Shown: positions 1 through 9,919 of the stretch, piece by piece | Position numbering within the stretch: position 1 is the first letter of the stretch | Layout of the letters: the number at the start of each line of letters is the position of its first letter | Virus record (IMG/VR): IMGVR_UViG_3300048999_000191 | From: a virus | Length of the DNA stretch: 64,000 nucleotides | Strand: one strand, 5' to 3' | The notes under the pieces: generated by a model | Told to the model about the DNA's origin: nothing | The model's database searches: none | What the model saw: the letters and a program-made list of their open reading frames with translations, nothing else | Program-made: the position numbers and the translations under genes

Positions 1-295
1 TGCCCGGGTCCGGCCGTTCGTCGAGGATGCCACCCAACTCGGGGTAATCCTCGACGGCCAGGTGCACTCCGGCGGCAGACCGACTGGTCGGCATCTTGGA
101 CAGCATCGAGGCGCTGTAGTTGCCGCCGCCCATGCCGTTGTCGAGCTTGACGACGTAGTTCTCCGCGCCCGCGATCGGACCGTCTTCGACCTGCTCGACC
201 ACGCCCGGGAATCCGTCGATGGTCATGACGTGCTCGCCCGGCTGGTACTCCCAGTAGTCCTCGGGACGAACGCCGCCGACGTGCCGCGTGGTCAT
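1..295 (-). CDS. Putative head-module protein downstream of portal (partial, runs off window)
   Basis: ATG at 295 with GAGGAGG RBS; open frame [40 protein letters not shown]...; absent from ORF track because open-ended. Confidence 0.7.
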   Translation of the reverse strand, partial: MTTRHVGGVRPEDYWEYQPGEHVMTIDGFPGVVEQVEDGPIAGAENYVVKLDNGMGGGNYSASMLSKMPTSRSAAGVHLAVEDYPELGGILDERPDPG

Positions 296-348
296 GTGGC
301 CTCCTCAGTGTTTGGGTGGCCTGGCCACCACGACCGGCAGGCCGGGCG

Positions 349-2553
349 TCAGCCCGTCTCCTCGTCCCACTCCGGCTTCCACTTCTCGCCGGGGTCGACC
401 TGGACATATCGGCGCATCCCGATGTGCCGGGGCGGTCCGTAGAGACCGGTGGGCCGGTAGTTCTCCGGGCGCTTGACGACCGTCCCGCTCTCCTCGTCGT
501 GGATGTCCTCGATCGAGTTGTCCGGAGGGACGTAGTGCGCGGCGATGGCATGCCGGATCTGGCCGTACCGGTAGCGGAACGAGGCCACCTTGCGCGACGC
601 GGGCTTCGGCATGCTGGCTCGCTGCTCGTCAGACTCCGGCGGCCGCTGGTCGCCCTCCTCGGGCACCTGGGCGTTGATCGGCATGGGGATCACCTGGGCC
701 TGCGAGTCGGTGTTGTCCGCGCCCTCGCCCTCGGCCAGGTCCTCTTCGGTCGGAGCCAGCGCAGGGGTCGGCGTGTCGCTGTTGCCCATCGTCGGGATGA
801 CCATGTCCTGCTCGGATGGGTCCTGGGCGTTGAGCGCCATCGGCTGGAAATCCTTCTTCAGATCGTCCGGGATCGGCAGACCCGCGTCCCGGAGGGCCTC
901 GTAGGTCTCCTTGCGGGTCTCCTGTTCCAGCACGGCCAGCCGGATCTGCTCCTGCTTCTTCTGCTCCAGCATCTCCTCGAAGTCAAGGCCGGTGCCGAGG
1001 ATCCGGCGCTCCTGCGGGATCGGCACGCCGGTGGCGGTGAGGGCCTCGATGAACTGGCGCTCCTGGGCCTGGTCGGCCAGGTTGAGGGTGTCGAACTCCA
1101 GCTCGGGCACGAGCAGCTTCGGCTGCTCGACGATCTTGTCCTCGCCGGTCTCCTCGTCGCGCAGCAGGACCTCTTCCATCTTCACGTACCGCTTGCCGTT
1201 GCGGACGTCGTAGTCGAAGTGCTCCTGGGCCTCGGCCACGATCCGCATGCGATCGCGCGCGAAGTCCTTGAGCTGCTTCTGGTGATCGGTCATCAGCTGC
1301 GTGACGATGTCTCGGTTGAGCGCATCGGCCGCATAGGTCTCGCCCGCCTCGGCGCCCTGGAGCATGGTCCGGCTCAGCCCGAAGGTCTGGAGCATCCGGT
1401 CCTCGATGCGGTCGAAATCGCCAGAGAGATCCGGCATCTCCTCCTTGCCGAAGACGTTCTCGATGGTCGTGGCGAAGTTGTGGACCATGACGCGGAAGTC
1501 GGCGGCCAGTGCGTCGTCCAGCGACTCGCGGAAGTCGTCCAGCTCGTCCTGGGTCGGGATCCAGGGGACGTCGGTACCCAGGTCGCTCGCGGTGGCGCCG
1601 AGCTTGGCCAGCAGCAGCGGCGTATAGAGCCGGTCGGAGATGGCGTCCTGCGCGGTGTTGAGCATCTCCTCCTGGAGCACGGCCCGGAACGCCCGCATGA
1701 TGATCGGGATGCCGCGCTTGTGGAAGGTGTCGGCCTCGAACTTGATCTGCTTGAGCAGCATGCCGCTGACCGGCATCCGGCTGTTCTCGCCCGCGTAGGC
1801 GACCAGCTCGGGGTAGCTGTCCACCAGCTGCTGGTACTCCCACACCGGCTGCCGGTTGCGCAGCACGTCGCGCAGGGCCTGCGGCAGCTTGATCAGGAAA
1901 CGGGGGTCACGGCTGATCGGGCTGCGCTCCACGAACACGTCGTTCGGGTGCAGCAGCTCCTCGGACTCCCAGACGCCGAGGACCTCGTTGAAGGTCCCAA
2001 GCGGGAAGGCCTCGCCGACCATCCACTTCTCGCGGGAGACGTCGACCAGGAACTTCCGGTAGTCCAGCTGCTCGAAGAACAGGTCCTCGTAGAATTCCTT
2101 GAGCTGATTGTCCTTGCATTTGATGGACATTCCCTGAAGCGGGTACTTCGCGTAGATGTCGATGCAGCTGGCGATAATCGGGTGGCTCAGGTAAAGCAGG
2201 CGACAGAATTCCCGCAGCTTCGCCATTTCCTCGTCTTTGGAAATGTCGAAGGGGAGATTGTTCTGTCGCCAGTAGAACATCGGGTCGCGCGGGCGCCCCA
2301 GGGCGAATGCGAGGTCACCGCCCCCGCCCCCGCCGGTGAAGGTGTCGGAGACGATCCCGCCGCCACCGGTAGCGCGCTTGCGCAGCGCCGAGACCCGGCG
2401 GTTGCGGCGCATCTCGGCGACCACGGGATCCTCGGTGTAGGCCCGGCCAGGGGAGAGGCTCCGGGTGGGCACGACAATGCCCGAGGACCTGGCTCCCGGC
2501 GTTCCCTCGGGACGCGGCTGCCCTCGACGATCGTTGACCCGGAAGTCGGCCAC
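349..2553 (-). CDS. Phage portal protein
   Basis: 734 aa; portal-like segments (LYLSHPIIASCIDIYAKYP, RGIPIIMRAFRAV, DFRVMVHNF) resembling large actinobacterial myovirus portals; head-gene context. Confidence 0.75.
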   Translation of the reverse strand: MADFRVNDRRGQPRPEGTPGARSSGIVVPTRSLSPGRAYTEDPVVAEMRRNRRVSALRKRATGGGGIVSDTFTGGGGGGDLAFALGRPRDPMFYWRQNNLPFDISKDEEMAKLREFCRLLYLSHPIIASCIDIYAKYPLQGMSIKCKDNQLKEFYEDLFFEQLDYRKFLVDVSREKWMVGEAFPLGTFNEVLGVWESEELLHPNDVFVERSPISRDPRFLIKLPQALRDVLRNRQPVWEYQQLVDSYPELVAYAGENSRMPVSGMLLKQIKFEADTFHKRGIPIIMRAFRAVLQEEMLNTAQDAISDRLYTPLLLAKLGATASDLGTDVPWIPTQDELDDFRESLDDALAADFRVMVHNFATTIENVFGKEEMPDLSGDFDRIEDRMLQTFGLSRTMLQGAEAGETYAADALNRDIVTQLMTDHQKQLKDFARDRMRIVAEAQEHFDYDVRNGKRYVKMEEVLLRDEETGEDKIVEQPKLLVPELEFDTLNLADQAQERQFIEALTATGVPIPQERRILGTGLDFEEMLEQKKQEQIRLAVLEQETRKETYEALRDAGLPIPDDLKKDFQPMALNAQDPSEQDMVIPTMGNSDTPTPALAPTEEDLAEGEGADNTDSQAQVIPMPINAQVPEEGDQRPPESDEQRASMPKPASRKVASFRYRYGQIRHAIAAHYVPPDNSIEDIHDEESGTVVKRPENYRPTGLYGPPRHIGMRRYVQVDPGEKWKPEWDEETG

Positions 2554-2560
2554 GCGCCAC

Positions 2561-2749
2561 CTACTTCTTCCTGCTGGAGGACGTGCCCGCAGCCTTCTGG
2601 GTGGCGGGTTCGATCACACCGTAGTTGATCAGCCGGTCCACCTCGGCGGCCTCGGCCGGAGTGTCGCGGCTCAGCTCGACGGTGCTGTCCAACGCGTGCT
2701 CGCCGGAGTCGTCGGTCCAGCCGTCCTGGAGGACGCGGTAGTGCGGCAT
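2561..2749 (-). CDS. Small hypothetical protein, head module
   Basis: 62 aa, translationally coupled to upstream gene. Confidence 0.6.
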   Translation of the reverse strand: MPHYRVLQDGWTDDSGEHALDSTVELSRDTPAEAAEVDRLINYGVIEPATQKAAGTSSSRKK

Positions 2750-3366
2750 CAGTGAACCCCGATCTGGCTGCGGATGACCTTCAGGACTGCCTTCCGGTCG
2801 CGCGCGGCCTCCAGGGCCACGTGCCGGAGAAAGGCGTCGTGGGGGACGGCCACGCCCGAGCGCGTCCGGTAGGACTTCTTGGCAAACGGGTTGCCTCCGC
2901 CGTCCTTGTCGTCCTCTTCGTCGTCGTCCGGCGGCCCAGCGGCGTCCTGGCCGTCCGCGAACGGATTGTCGGACTCCTCGTCCTCCGGATCGACGTCGAT
3001 GCCCTCAGCGGCGTCCTGAGCCTGCATCATCTGGTCGTCGTCCTGGCCGGGCCACTGCGGGCCCATCCCGGGCACCTGGATCGGCTGGCCGTTGATGGTC
3101 TGCGGGAAGGCCGGATAGCGCGGTTGGACCTGCACGGTGAAGCAGTTCTTGCAGAAGCCGCACTCGATCGTGCCATCCGAGCGCGCGATCACCTGGCCGG
3201 AGCCACAACTGGGGCAGTGGTAGACCACCTGAGGATCGCCAGAGTCGTGCGCGAGCTTCCGAATCGGCGGCATGTCCTCGGCGAGCAGCCGGGCCAGCCG
3301 CTGCCCGCGCGGTGCGTTCTCCGGCAGATCGGTGAAGCCCAGCCGGACCACGTAGCGCTCAGTCAT
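2749..3366 (-). CDS. Zinc-ribbon protein with acidic linker, head module
   Basis: CPSC...CGFC motif; operon with portal. Confidence 0.7.
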   Translation of the reverse strand: MTERYVVRLGFTDLPENAPRGQRLARLLAEDMPPIRKLAHDSGDPQVVYHCPSCGSGQVIARSDGTIECGFCKNCFTVQVQPRYPAFPQTINGQPIQVPGMGPQWPGQDDDQMMQAQDAAEGIDVDPEDEESDNPFADGQDAAGPPDDDEEDDKDGGGNPFAKKSYRTRSGVAVPHDAFLRHVALEAARDRKAVLKVIRSQIGVH

Positions 3367-3865
3367 CGGTCCCTCCGCAGGCCTGGGTGAGCAGGTCCCG
3401 GCTGGCCACGCGGTAGATCAGGTTCCGATCCTCCTCGTCCAGCTCGGCGAGGTAGGCCTGGAGGCTGGCCGAGTGCCGCAGCCGAGCCTCGGCGAAGGCC
3501 AGGGCTTCCTCGCCGACGTCCGTCGTGTCGGCGAAGGCGCCGACGCTGGCCAGCTGCTGGATCACGCTCGCGACACCGCCGGTGGCCATCAGGTGCGCGG
3601 CGCCGGTCTTGCTCACCGGCCCGACCTCCAGCGAGTCCTCCCAGCCGTCCGGGTCGACCATGGCCGCCTGGACCCGCTTGGTGGCCGGGGCCGCGACCTC
3701 GTCCAGCTCGCGCTCGAAGGTCACCGAGGCCCCACGGGTCCCGGTGAACCACTGCACGTGCCCGGCGTTCGAGCTGGCGAGCGCGAGGATCTTGCCGTGC
3801 GTGCCGAGCCGGATACCGTTGCTGCCGTCGCCGATGCTGGTGAGCATCTGCCCCTCGTGGAACAT
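3359..3865 (-). CDS. Hypothetical protein, head module
   Basis: 168 aa, overlaps/abuts neighbours. Confidence 0.7.
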   Translation of the reverse strand: MFHEGQMLTSIGDGSNGIRLGTHGKILALASSNAGHVQWFTGTRGASVTFERELDEVAAPATKRVQAAMVDPDGWEDSLEVGPVSKTGAAHLMATGGVASVIQQLASVGAFADTTDVGEEALAFAEARLRHSASLQAYLAELDEEDRNLIYRVASRDLLTQACGGTDD

Positions 3866-4738
3866 TCACGCCTCCGGGTACTGGATCACCGATTGACGAG
3901 CCAGATGCACCGCTTCGGACAGGGAGAGCCCCGGATTGACCTGGCCGATGGTGGCGATCCTGCGCAGGATCTGGCCGTCCTTCTTGCCCGCGAAGACGCG
4001 CTTCTTGTCGCGCCGGAACTGGTCCTGACCCCAGCCGCCCGCGCGCTCTCGCGGCGGGTGGTACGGGTCGATCTCCGGGTGCACATCGAGGTCGGCCAGC
4101 GAGCCGCAGAGCTTCATCCCGCAGAACCAGTGCGCGTGGTCGCGGTAGTCGGGGATGATCGATGTGTCGGCCGTGCCGCAGCGCGGGCAGCTGGCGCCCC
4201 TGAGCAGCAGGCCGGGCTTGTCCGTCTGCGCCACGCGCCGCTGGCCCAGGAACGGCGTCTTGGTCACCCAGGGATCGTCGTAGCCGTGCTCGGCGACCAG
4301 CGGCGCGGGCGGGTTCTCGCCGTAGCCGGGGTGCGGGTCGTGCTTGTCGTAGACGTAGAGGTTCGACTCGTTCACCTGGCCCGGGACCGGGCGCGTCGGG
4401 GCGCGGCCCTGGGTCTCGGTGTGTGCCGGGGCATTCAGGCCGTTCGGGTGCGGCCCGGGGCCGGGGTACTCGTCCCAGCCCGCCACCGGGTCAGTGCCCA
4501 CCGGCGCCCGGCCATCGTCGTCTTTCGGACGCGGCATCGGCGGCTGTGAGGCCTCGCGCAGGAACGCGGTGAAGGTCGGCTCCGGTCCGGCTCGATGGAC
4601 TGCGATCCGGCGCTGTGCCTCGTCGCTGTCGTCCCAGAGATCGACGTTCTTCGAGCCGCAGGCGTGCAGGATCTCCGGCTCGGGGCGATCGATCTTGCCG
4701 CGTTCGCCGCAGTCCAGGCAGATGATCTGGATGCTCAC
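3866..4738 (-). CDS. Hypothetical Cys-motif protein, head module
   Basis: CLDC, CPRC motifs; GTGA overlap with upstream gene. Confidence 0.7.
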   Translation of the reverse strand: MSIQIICLDCGERGKIDRPEPEILHACGSKNVDLWDDSDEAQRRIAVHRAGPEPTFTAFLREASQPPMPRPKDDDGRAPVGTDPVAGWDEYPGPGPHPNGLNAPAHTETQGRAPTRPVPGQVNESNLYVYDKHDPHPGYGENPPAPLVAEHGYDDPWVTKTPFLGQRRVAQTDKPGLLLRGASCPRCGTADTSIIPDYRDHAHWFCGMKLCGSLADLDVHPEIDPYHPPRERAGGWGQDQFRRDKKRVFAGKKDGQILRRIATIGQVNPGLSLSEAVHLARQSVIQYPEA

Positions 4739-6714
4739 TCCCGCTCCTCCTCTTCTTCCTCGTCGGGGCCGCCGTCGGAAGAGCGCACGGGGATGGGTCG
4801 GCCGGGCCGCTGCGGAGTGTTGACGTTCCGCGAGACTGCATCCTGCCGAGGTCGCTGCTCGGCGGGCTTGTCCCAGTTGTTCAGGTCGAACTCGTCGCCG
4901 GAGTCGACGCCGAGCGGGTTGTCCGCCGTGGGCCGGTTCATCGTGTCCGCGACCACGTACCGGCTGGCCATGAAGGGGTTGTTGCCGCTGTTGGGGTTGG
5001 GACCCGCCTGCTCCGGTCCGCCTCCCCCGGTGGCGAAGGGATTGGCGCTGGCCGACTGGTTCGGGATCGTCAGTGGCTGGCCCGCCTCCGCGCCGGGCCC
5101 ACCGGGCTGCATGGAAGCCGGGGGCGTCGGCGCGCTGCTGGTGTCGGTCTGCGAGGGGGCGACGCCACCGGTGTCCGAGGAGGACGCTTCGGCGACCACC
5201 CAGCGCAGCGAAGCGGCCTTCGCCGATTCACTCGCGCCGGGAACGTTGGCGTAGAGCGCCTTCTGGAATTCGTGAGCGTCCTCTTTGGACTTCGGCTCGT
5301 CGTTCTTGCGTTCGCCCTTGGCGTTGAACACCGCGTAGCCACCATCGACCGGGCGGACCTCATACGGGGCGTGTTCGCCACCGCCGGGGGCGGTGTGTCG
5401 GACGGCCATGACCCGATTCGCCTGCTGAGCGGCGATCCAGGGGTGATCCTCGTGCAGCCGGACACCGTGACCTGGGTTGCCGCCGAGGTGCTTCCAGGTG
5501 TCGCCCTCGCGGTAGACCGGGCTGTTGCAGTGCGCGCAGGCGCCGTGGTTGTCCTTGTCGGCCACCACCCAGCGCGAGGCCTGCTTGCCCGAGTTCGAGT
5601 AGGACACGTCCCCGCCGGTCGATCCACCGGACTGCACCGGCGGCACCCCGCCGTAGGCGTCGACCCGCTCGTCCGGCTCGGGCAGCGCGATGTCCGGCGG
5701 GAAGCCGCCCTGGTTCGCGGTGCCCGCCGTGCCCTCGGTGTCGGTGAAGTAGTCCGGGTTCTGGCCGGGGCCGGTCTGCACGCCCTCGCCGACGTAGCCC
5801 GCCGAGCTGGCCTTGCCGAAGTTCATCGGCCGGTCGACCCAGCCCGCGTTCGGCGGGACCACCCACTGGCTCGGCTGCATCGGGTACTGCTCGTTCATCG
5901 GGTTGTACGGGTCCGGCTCCATCTGCGCGAACTGGCCATCGGAGCCGGTGTTCGGGCCCGCCTCCGGCCCGTTGCTGAAGTAGGCCGGATTGCCCGGGGT
6001 GCCGCTCTGCCCGCCGTCGGGGACGTCGGACTCGGCCAGCGCCTCGTGCCGGATCCAGTCGACGCCCTGGGCCGTGGCCACGATGGGGTCGGCGGTGATC
6101 TCCCGGGTGTCGAAGTCGATCGCCTCGTAGTCGGCCTCCTTGACCAGGAGGAAGTCCTGCGTCAGCGACGCGGTCACCCGCGTGCGGAAGTCGTCCTCGG
6201 GGAAGAGCTGCTCCAGCTCGTCCCCGCACAGCGCCATCCGGTGACCGAACTCCCGCTCGGTTCGCGCGGCTGAGAGGAACGGCCAGATGGCCGACGTGGC
6301 CACCTTGGCGCGCACCAGGCGCTCGTGCTCCAGTTCCTGCGCGACGTCGTGGGACGCCTCGACCCACAGATCGACGGTCATCGTCTCCTCCACCGGTCGA
6401 AGCCGGGCGTTGTGCAAGGTGGTCACGTCCACACTGGGTCCCGGGCCGAGATACGGCGTCGGGCTGTAAGGCGGCTTCGGCGGCTCGTCCGGGCTCTGCC
6501 ACATCGGGTCCGTGGTCACCGGCTTCCCGGTGGGCTCGGCGCCGTTGTAGGGAGCCGGGCCGCCGGGTGTCGCCGGGTCCTGGCCATCGGTGTCCGGCCG
6601 GGTCCCGAGGTCGCGCGGAGTCTGGTAGCCCGCCGGGTCCTGGGACTGCGGATCCAGGCCCATCCCCTCGACGTCGGCCGACGAGAAGCCGTCGGCGGTG
6701 CGTACCAGGCTCAT
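4735..6714 (-). CDS. Large acidic Pro/Gly-rich putative scaffold/internal head protein
   Basis: Likely start MSLVRTAD at 6714; low complexity; repeated ASR[WY]VVA[DE]-like motifs. Confidence 0.65.
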   Translation of the reverse strand: MSLVRTADGFSSADVEGMGLDPQSQDPAGYQTPRDLGTRPDTDGQDPATPGGPAPYNGAEPTGKPVTTDPMWQSPDEPPKPPYSPTPYLGPGPSVDVTTLHNARLRPVEETMTVDLWVEASHDVAQELEHERLVRAKVATSAIWPFLSAARTEREFGHRMALCGDELEQLFPEDDFRTRVTASLTQDFLLVKEADYEAIDFDTREITADPIVATAQGVDWIRHEALAESDVPDGGQSGTPGNPAYFSNGPEAGPNTGSDGQFAQMEPDPYNPMNEQYPMQPSQWVVPPNAGWVDRPMNFGKASSAGYVGEGVQTGPGQNPDYFTDTEGTAGTANQGGFPPDIALPEPDERVDAYGGVPPVQSGGSTGGDVSYSNSGKQASRWVVADKDNHGACAHCNSPVYREGDTWKHLGGNPGHGVRLHEDHPWIAAQQANRVMAVRHTAPGGGEHAPYEVRPVDGGYAVFNAKGERKNDEPKSKEDAHEFQKALYANVPGASESAKAASLRWVVAEASSSDTGGVAPSQTDTSSAPTPPASMQPGGPGAEAGQPLTIPNQSASANPFATGGGGPEQAGPNPNSGNNPFMASRYVVADTMNRPTADNPLGVDSGDEFDLNNWDKPAEQRPRQDAVSRNVNTPQRPGRPIPVRSSDGGPDEEEEEERE

Positions 6715-6719
6715 CGCGG

Positions 6720-8039
6720 TCAGCCCTGCGCCTGGTCCAGCCACGCCTCGCGGGTGGCGATGAACTTCAGCGCGAGGCTGATCTCCGGGTCGGCCGCGTA
6801 CCGCGAGCCGGTGGTCATCACGCGGCCGCCGACGTCGGCGTGCAGGTCGGCCCCCGGCTGGAGGTTGTCGCCCGGGTCGTTGGTGTAGTCGTTGGCCTCG
6901 TCGGCGCCGAAGGGCTTCAGCGGCTGGTTGCCGTTGTCGCCGCCGGTGCCGTAGGGCGGCGGGGCCTGACCCAGGTTGCTGCCGCCCGCGCCCTGCGGCG
7001 GGACGCCCGGCTGGTAGCCGCCCGCGCCCATGTCGCCCGCCCAGCCCGAGTCGTCGTAGCCCGCCTGCTTCATCGCGGCCACGTAGGCCTGCCGCGCGGC
7101 GAGGGCCGCCTGCCGGGCCGCGCCCTTGCGCTGATCACGCTCGGCGATCTGCTGCTCGGCCTGCTGGATGCTCTGGCCGACGTTGTTGGGCGAGAGCACC
7201 CAGGGGAAGGCCACGTCCTGGGGCAGCTGCGTGGGACGCTGCTGGGTGTCGCTGGGGTCCACCGTCTGCTGGACCTGGTCCAGGCCGGAGTACGCCTCGT
7301 GGCGGCTGGCCGACCGCTGGTTGCCGTTCATGTTGCTCCCGTCTCGCTGGGTTCCTTCGTCACCGTTGGCCACATCCGCCGAGGGGTCGGACTGCCCGAG
7401 GGCCGGGTCGTTGACCGGCACCACGTCCTGAGAAGCGCCAGAGCCGGTGTTGGCTTCCAGCTCCTGGATCTGCGGCGCACGCTCGGAGGTCGTGGCCTCC
7501 AGCGGCAGCGCGTTGTCGTAGTTACCCTGGCCGAACCCGGAGCCCGGCATGCCCTGCTGAGCGGCCGCCTCCTTGACCGCGCCGGTGCGCACGTCGCGGG
7601 AGCGCATCTCGTTCACGGTCTCGACGAAGGAGGTGTAGGCGTCCTCGCTGTGCTGGCCGAAGGGCCCGGCGATCACGGCGGCACGCCCGGCCAGGTGCTG
7701 GCCGAATTCCTCGGGCTCGGCCTTGACCTCGGGGCTGACGGCCTCGTACCAGAGCGTGGCCTCGGCGGTGATCTGCTGGGCCATCTTGTCGCGGTCGGGC
7801 GCGGTGTCGATCGAGTCCAGCCAATCACTGCTGGCCGTGACGTGGCTGAAGACCGGGACCGGCGCGAAACGGTCACCGATGATCGTGGTGGCCAGGTCGA
7901 CGTCGCGCGCCGCCTGAGCCTCTGCGCGGATCGCCTGAGAGACCTGCTCGGCCTCACCGACAAGCCGCTGCTGCTCGGCGAGCGAGTCCGCCTGAGCTGC
8001 CTTACGCAGGAGCTGCGCACGGTCTTGGCTGTTGGGCAT
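6720..8039 (-). CDS. Acidic putative scaffold/internal head protein, first gene of head operon
   Basis: Start MPNSQDRAQ at 8039 after GAGGAAGG; Ala/Gln/Gly-rich. Confidence 0.65.
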   Translation of the reverse strand: MPNSQDRAQLLRKAAQADSLAEQQRLVGEAEQVSQAIRAEAQAARDVDLATTIIGDRFAPVPVFSHVTASSDWLDSIDTAPDRDKMAQQITAEATLWYEAVSPEVKAEPEEFGQHLAGRAAVIAGPFGQHSEDAYTSFVETVNEMRSRDVRTGAVKEAAAQQGMPGSGFGQGNYDNALPLEATTSERAPQIQELEANTGSGASQDVVPVNDPALGQSDPSADVANGDEGTQRDGSNMNGNQRSASRHEAYSGLDQVQQTVDPSDTQQRPTQLPQDVAFPWVLSPNNVGQSIQQAEQQIAERDQRKGAARQAALAARQAYVAAMKQAGYDDSGWAGDMGAGGYQPGVPPQGAGGSNLGQAPPPYGTGGDNGNQPLKPFGADEANDYTNDPGDNLQPGADLHADVGGRVMTTGSRYAADPEISLALKFIATREAWLDQAQG

Positions 8040-8112
8040 GGACTGACGCCTTCCTCGCGGGTGCTTCTCGGACATTGGGTCGGGAAGGCATCCGGGAGTA
8101 CAGGAGGACGCA

Positions 8113-8149
8113 GAAACGCCCCCGGCCAAGGGAGAGGAGCCGGGGGCGT
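8113..8149 (-). terminator. Intrinsic terminator separating accessory region from head operon
   Basis: 11-bp stem ACGCCCCCGGC/GCCGGGGGCGT followed by short T run on minus strand. Confidence 0.7.
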
Positions 8150-8188
8150 CAGCCTGAGGTTGCTCACTTCAGGGGAGTGCCGGTGATG

Positions 8189-8698
8189 CTAGCGCATCCG
8201 GGAGCGCCAGACCCGGAGCCGTCGACCCTGATCATGATCACTGCGCTCGCGTGTCGAGTCGGCGTAACGGTCGGTGGCCTCGATGAGGCCCTTGGACGTG
8301 GCCCGCCGGAGCATGGCGGCCATCCCGGCCGTCTTCGGCACCATGGTGCCGAGCGCGGTCCACAGGTCGTCGGTGGTGAACTCGCTCTGCCGGGTGGCCA
8401 CCTCGGTGATCACCGACTCGACGGTGAGCTGTTGCGCGGGCGTCCAGCTGGCGGCGGCCCGTTCCGAGCCCTCCCTGCCCGCCTGCGCGCCGTTGACGCG
8501 GCTGGCCATGGCCTGGAGCCGGGAGGTGGCGGCGGGCGCGTCCTGAGCCACCTTGGGCGCCGTGTAGCCGGGGTTGGGCCAGTCGACGAAGCCGCCCGCG
8601 CGGTCGCTCCAGCCCGAGCAGTGCATGTGGTTGCCTGAGGGCTTGTCGCAGAAGAGGACCTGGCCGCCGTCGTCGTGCCGGTTGCGGCACTCACTCAT
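8189..8698 (-). CDS. Hypothetical protein, Cys/His N-terminus, possible winged-helix C-terminus
   Basis: Start MSECRNRHDD; C-terminal FTTDDLW...LRVWRS. Confidence 0.6.
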   Translation of the reverse strand: MSECRNRHDDGGQVLFCDKPSGNHMHCSGWSDRAGGFVDWPNPGYTAPKVAQDAPAATSRLQAMASRVNGAQAGREGSERAAASWTPAQQLTVESVITEVATRQSEFTTDDLWTALGTMVPKTAGMAAMLRRATSKGLIEATDRYADSTRERSDHDQGRRLRVWRSRMR

Positions 8699-8978
8699 TC
8701 TCGGGTCCCGGCTCGTCCAGGTCCTCGTCGAAGGTGGGCCCGGCGTCGGCATCCACCTCGCAGCCGATCCGGAACCGGCCGCTCCACCGCTCGGGCTCGC
8801 CGTCACCGTGCTTGGAGTAGGTGGCGGGGCGCGCGTCCTCGACGATGAAGACGCTGATCTGCTCGATCGGCACCTCGAAGAACTGGGCTCCGTACTCGCG
8901 CGCCCGCGCGTCCAGTTCCTGGTAGGTCTGGCCCTCCACCTTGGTGGCGCAGTAGGCCATCTTCCGGGTCTTCTCCAT
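8691..8978 (-). CDS. Hypothetical protein
   Basis: 95 aa; preceded by weak RBS-hairpin copy. Confidence 0.6.
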   Translation of the reverse strand: MEKTRKMAYCATKVEGQTYQELDARAREYGAQFFEVPIEQISVFIVEDARPATYSKHGDGEPERWSGRFRIGCEVDADAGPTFDEDLDEPGPENE

Positions 8979-9127
8979 GATCTTCCTCCTGTGCGGCTCT
9001 TCCGGTGCAGAGCCCGTCGAACGTTCTCGGGTAATGAACGAGCCCTCGCGGCTCGGGGTTACCGCGAGGGCTCGTTCTGACCGGATGAGTGGGTGTCGGG
9101 GGACCCTCCATCCGGGGCTTGGAGTGA

Positions 9128-9373
9128 CTAGCGGCCGAGAGCGGCCAGCCCGGCGGCGGTCAGCATCGCGGGGACGCGCTCACCGAGGGCGGCGATGTGG
9201 TCCGGAGCAAGAAGGCCGAGATGGGCGAGGCGGTGAGCCAGCGGCTGATCCCCGCAGCTCAGGCCGTCGATGAACAGGTCGGGCTCGCTGCTCACGGTCA
9301 GCATCGCGCGTCCAGCGGCGACGGCTCGGAGAAATGACCTCGGGCGGCCCGAGTCCAGCAGTGTGTCAGTCAT
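9128..9373 (-). CDS. Hypothetical protein of actinomycete type
   Basis: LRAVAAGRA..SSEPDLFIDGL.CGDQ..AH.LAH.GLL, recalled from actinomycete hypothetical proteins. Confidence 0.55.
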   Translation of the reverse strand: MTDTLLDSGRPRSFLRAVAAGRAMLTVSSEPDLFIDGLSCGDQPLAHRLAHLGLLAPDHIAALGERVPAMLTAAGLAALGR

Positions 9374-9482
9374 GATCCTCGGCTCCAGGTTGGCGAGGTG
9401 ATGGGTCCACACATTGCGATGCGACTGCGAGCTTGATCACAGTCGGACCTCCTGTGCGGTCTGTCGTACTGATCACTCTAAA

Positions 9483-9498
9483 CTACCCAAACGAGTAG
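9483..9498 (-). promoter_or_regulatory. Palindromic operator copy (1 mismatch)
   Basis: ctacccaaacgagtag. Confidence 0.65.
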
Positions 9499-9579
9499 TG
9501 CAAGCGACCCCCGGAAGATCACCCGTTTGGGTATCTTCCGAGGGTCGTGCAGTACCCCTCGCTCACCAGCCGGTTACCG

Positions 9580-9852
9580 TCAGTCCTCGACGGTCGCGGG
9601 GCTTTTGTCGAGGCTCACCGCGAGGGCGTCGATGTCCTCGCGGTCCAGTAGCCCCTTCCGGAAGCCGAGGCTCACGGCCTGGGTACGGCTGTTCGCGCCG
9701 ACCTTGCCGAAGATGCTGCGGATGTGCGACTTCACGTTGTCGACCCCGGTCTCGATGTGACCGGAGATCTGTTCGTTCGTCAGGCCGACGGCCACCAGAC
9801 GGAAGACCTCGTCCTCCTTCGCCGTCAGCGGACGGTGCTCGGTCGTGCTCAT
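9580..9852 (-). CDS. LuxR/GerE-family HTH transcriptional regulator
   Basis: LTAKEDEVFRLVAVGLTNEQIS...NVKSHIRSIFGKVGANSRTQAV..G. Confidence 0.9.
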   Translation of the reverse strand: MSTTEHRPLTAKEDEVFRLVAVGLTNEQISGHIETGVDNVKSHIRSIFGKVGANSRTQAVSLGFRKGLLDREDIDALAVSLDKSPATVED

Positions 9853-9919
9853 GTCGTTCTCTTTCCTCTGAGTCGGGGGTACTTCTACGTCCGATACTAC
9901 CCCAATGAGTACTACCCGT

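Noticed and set aside
316-2628. Long plus-strand ORFs (770 aa here; also 6567-8186, 53825-55438, 57000-58016, and minus-strand 62725-63837)
   Set aside because: Antisense shadows of real high-GC genes; no recognisable motifs or RBS
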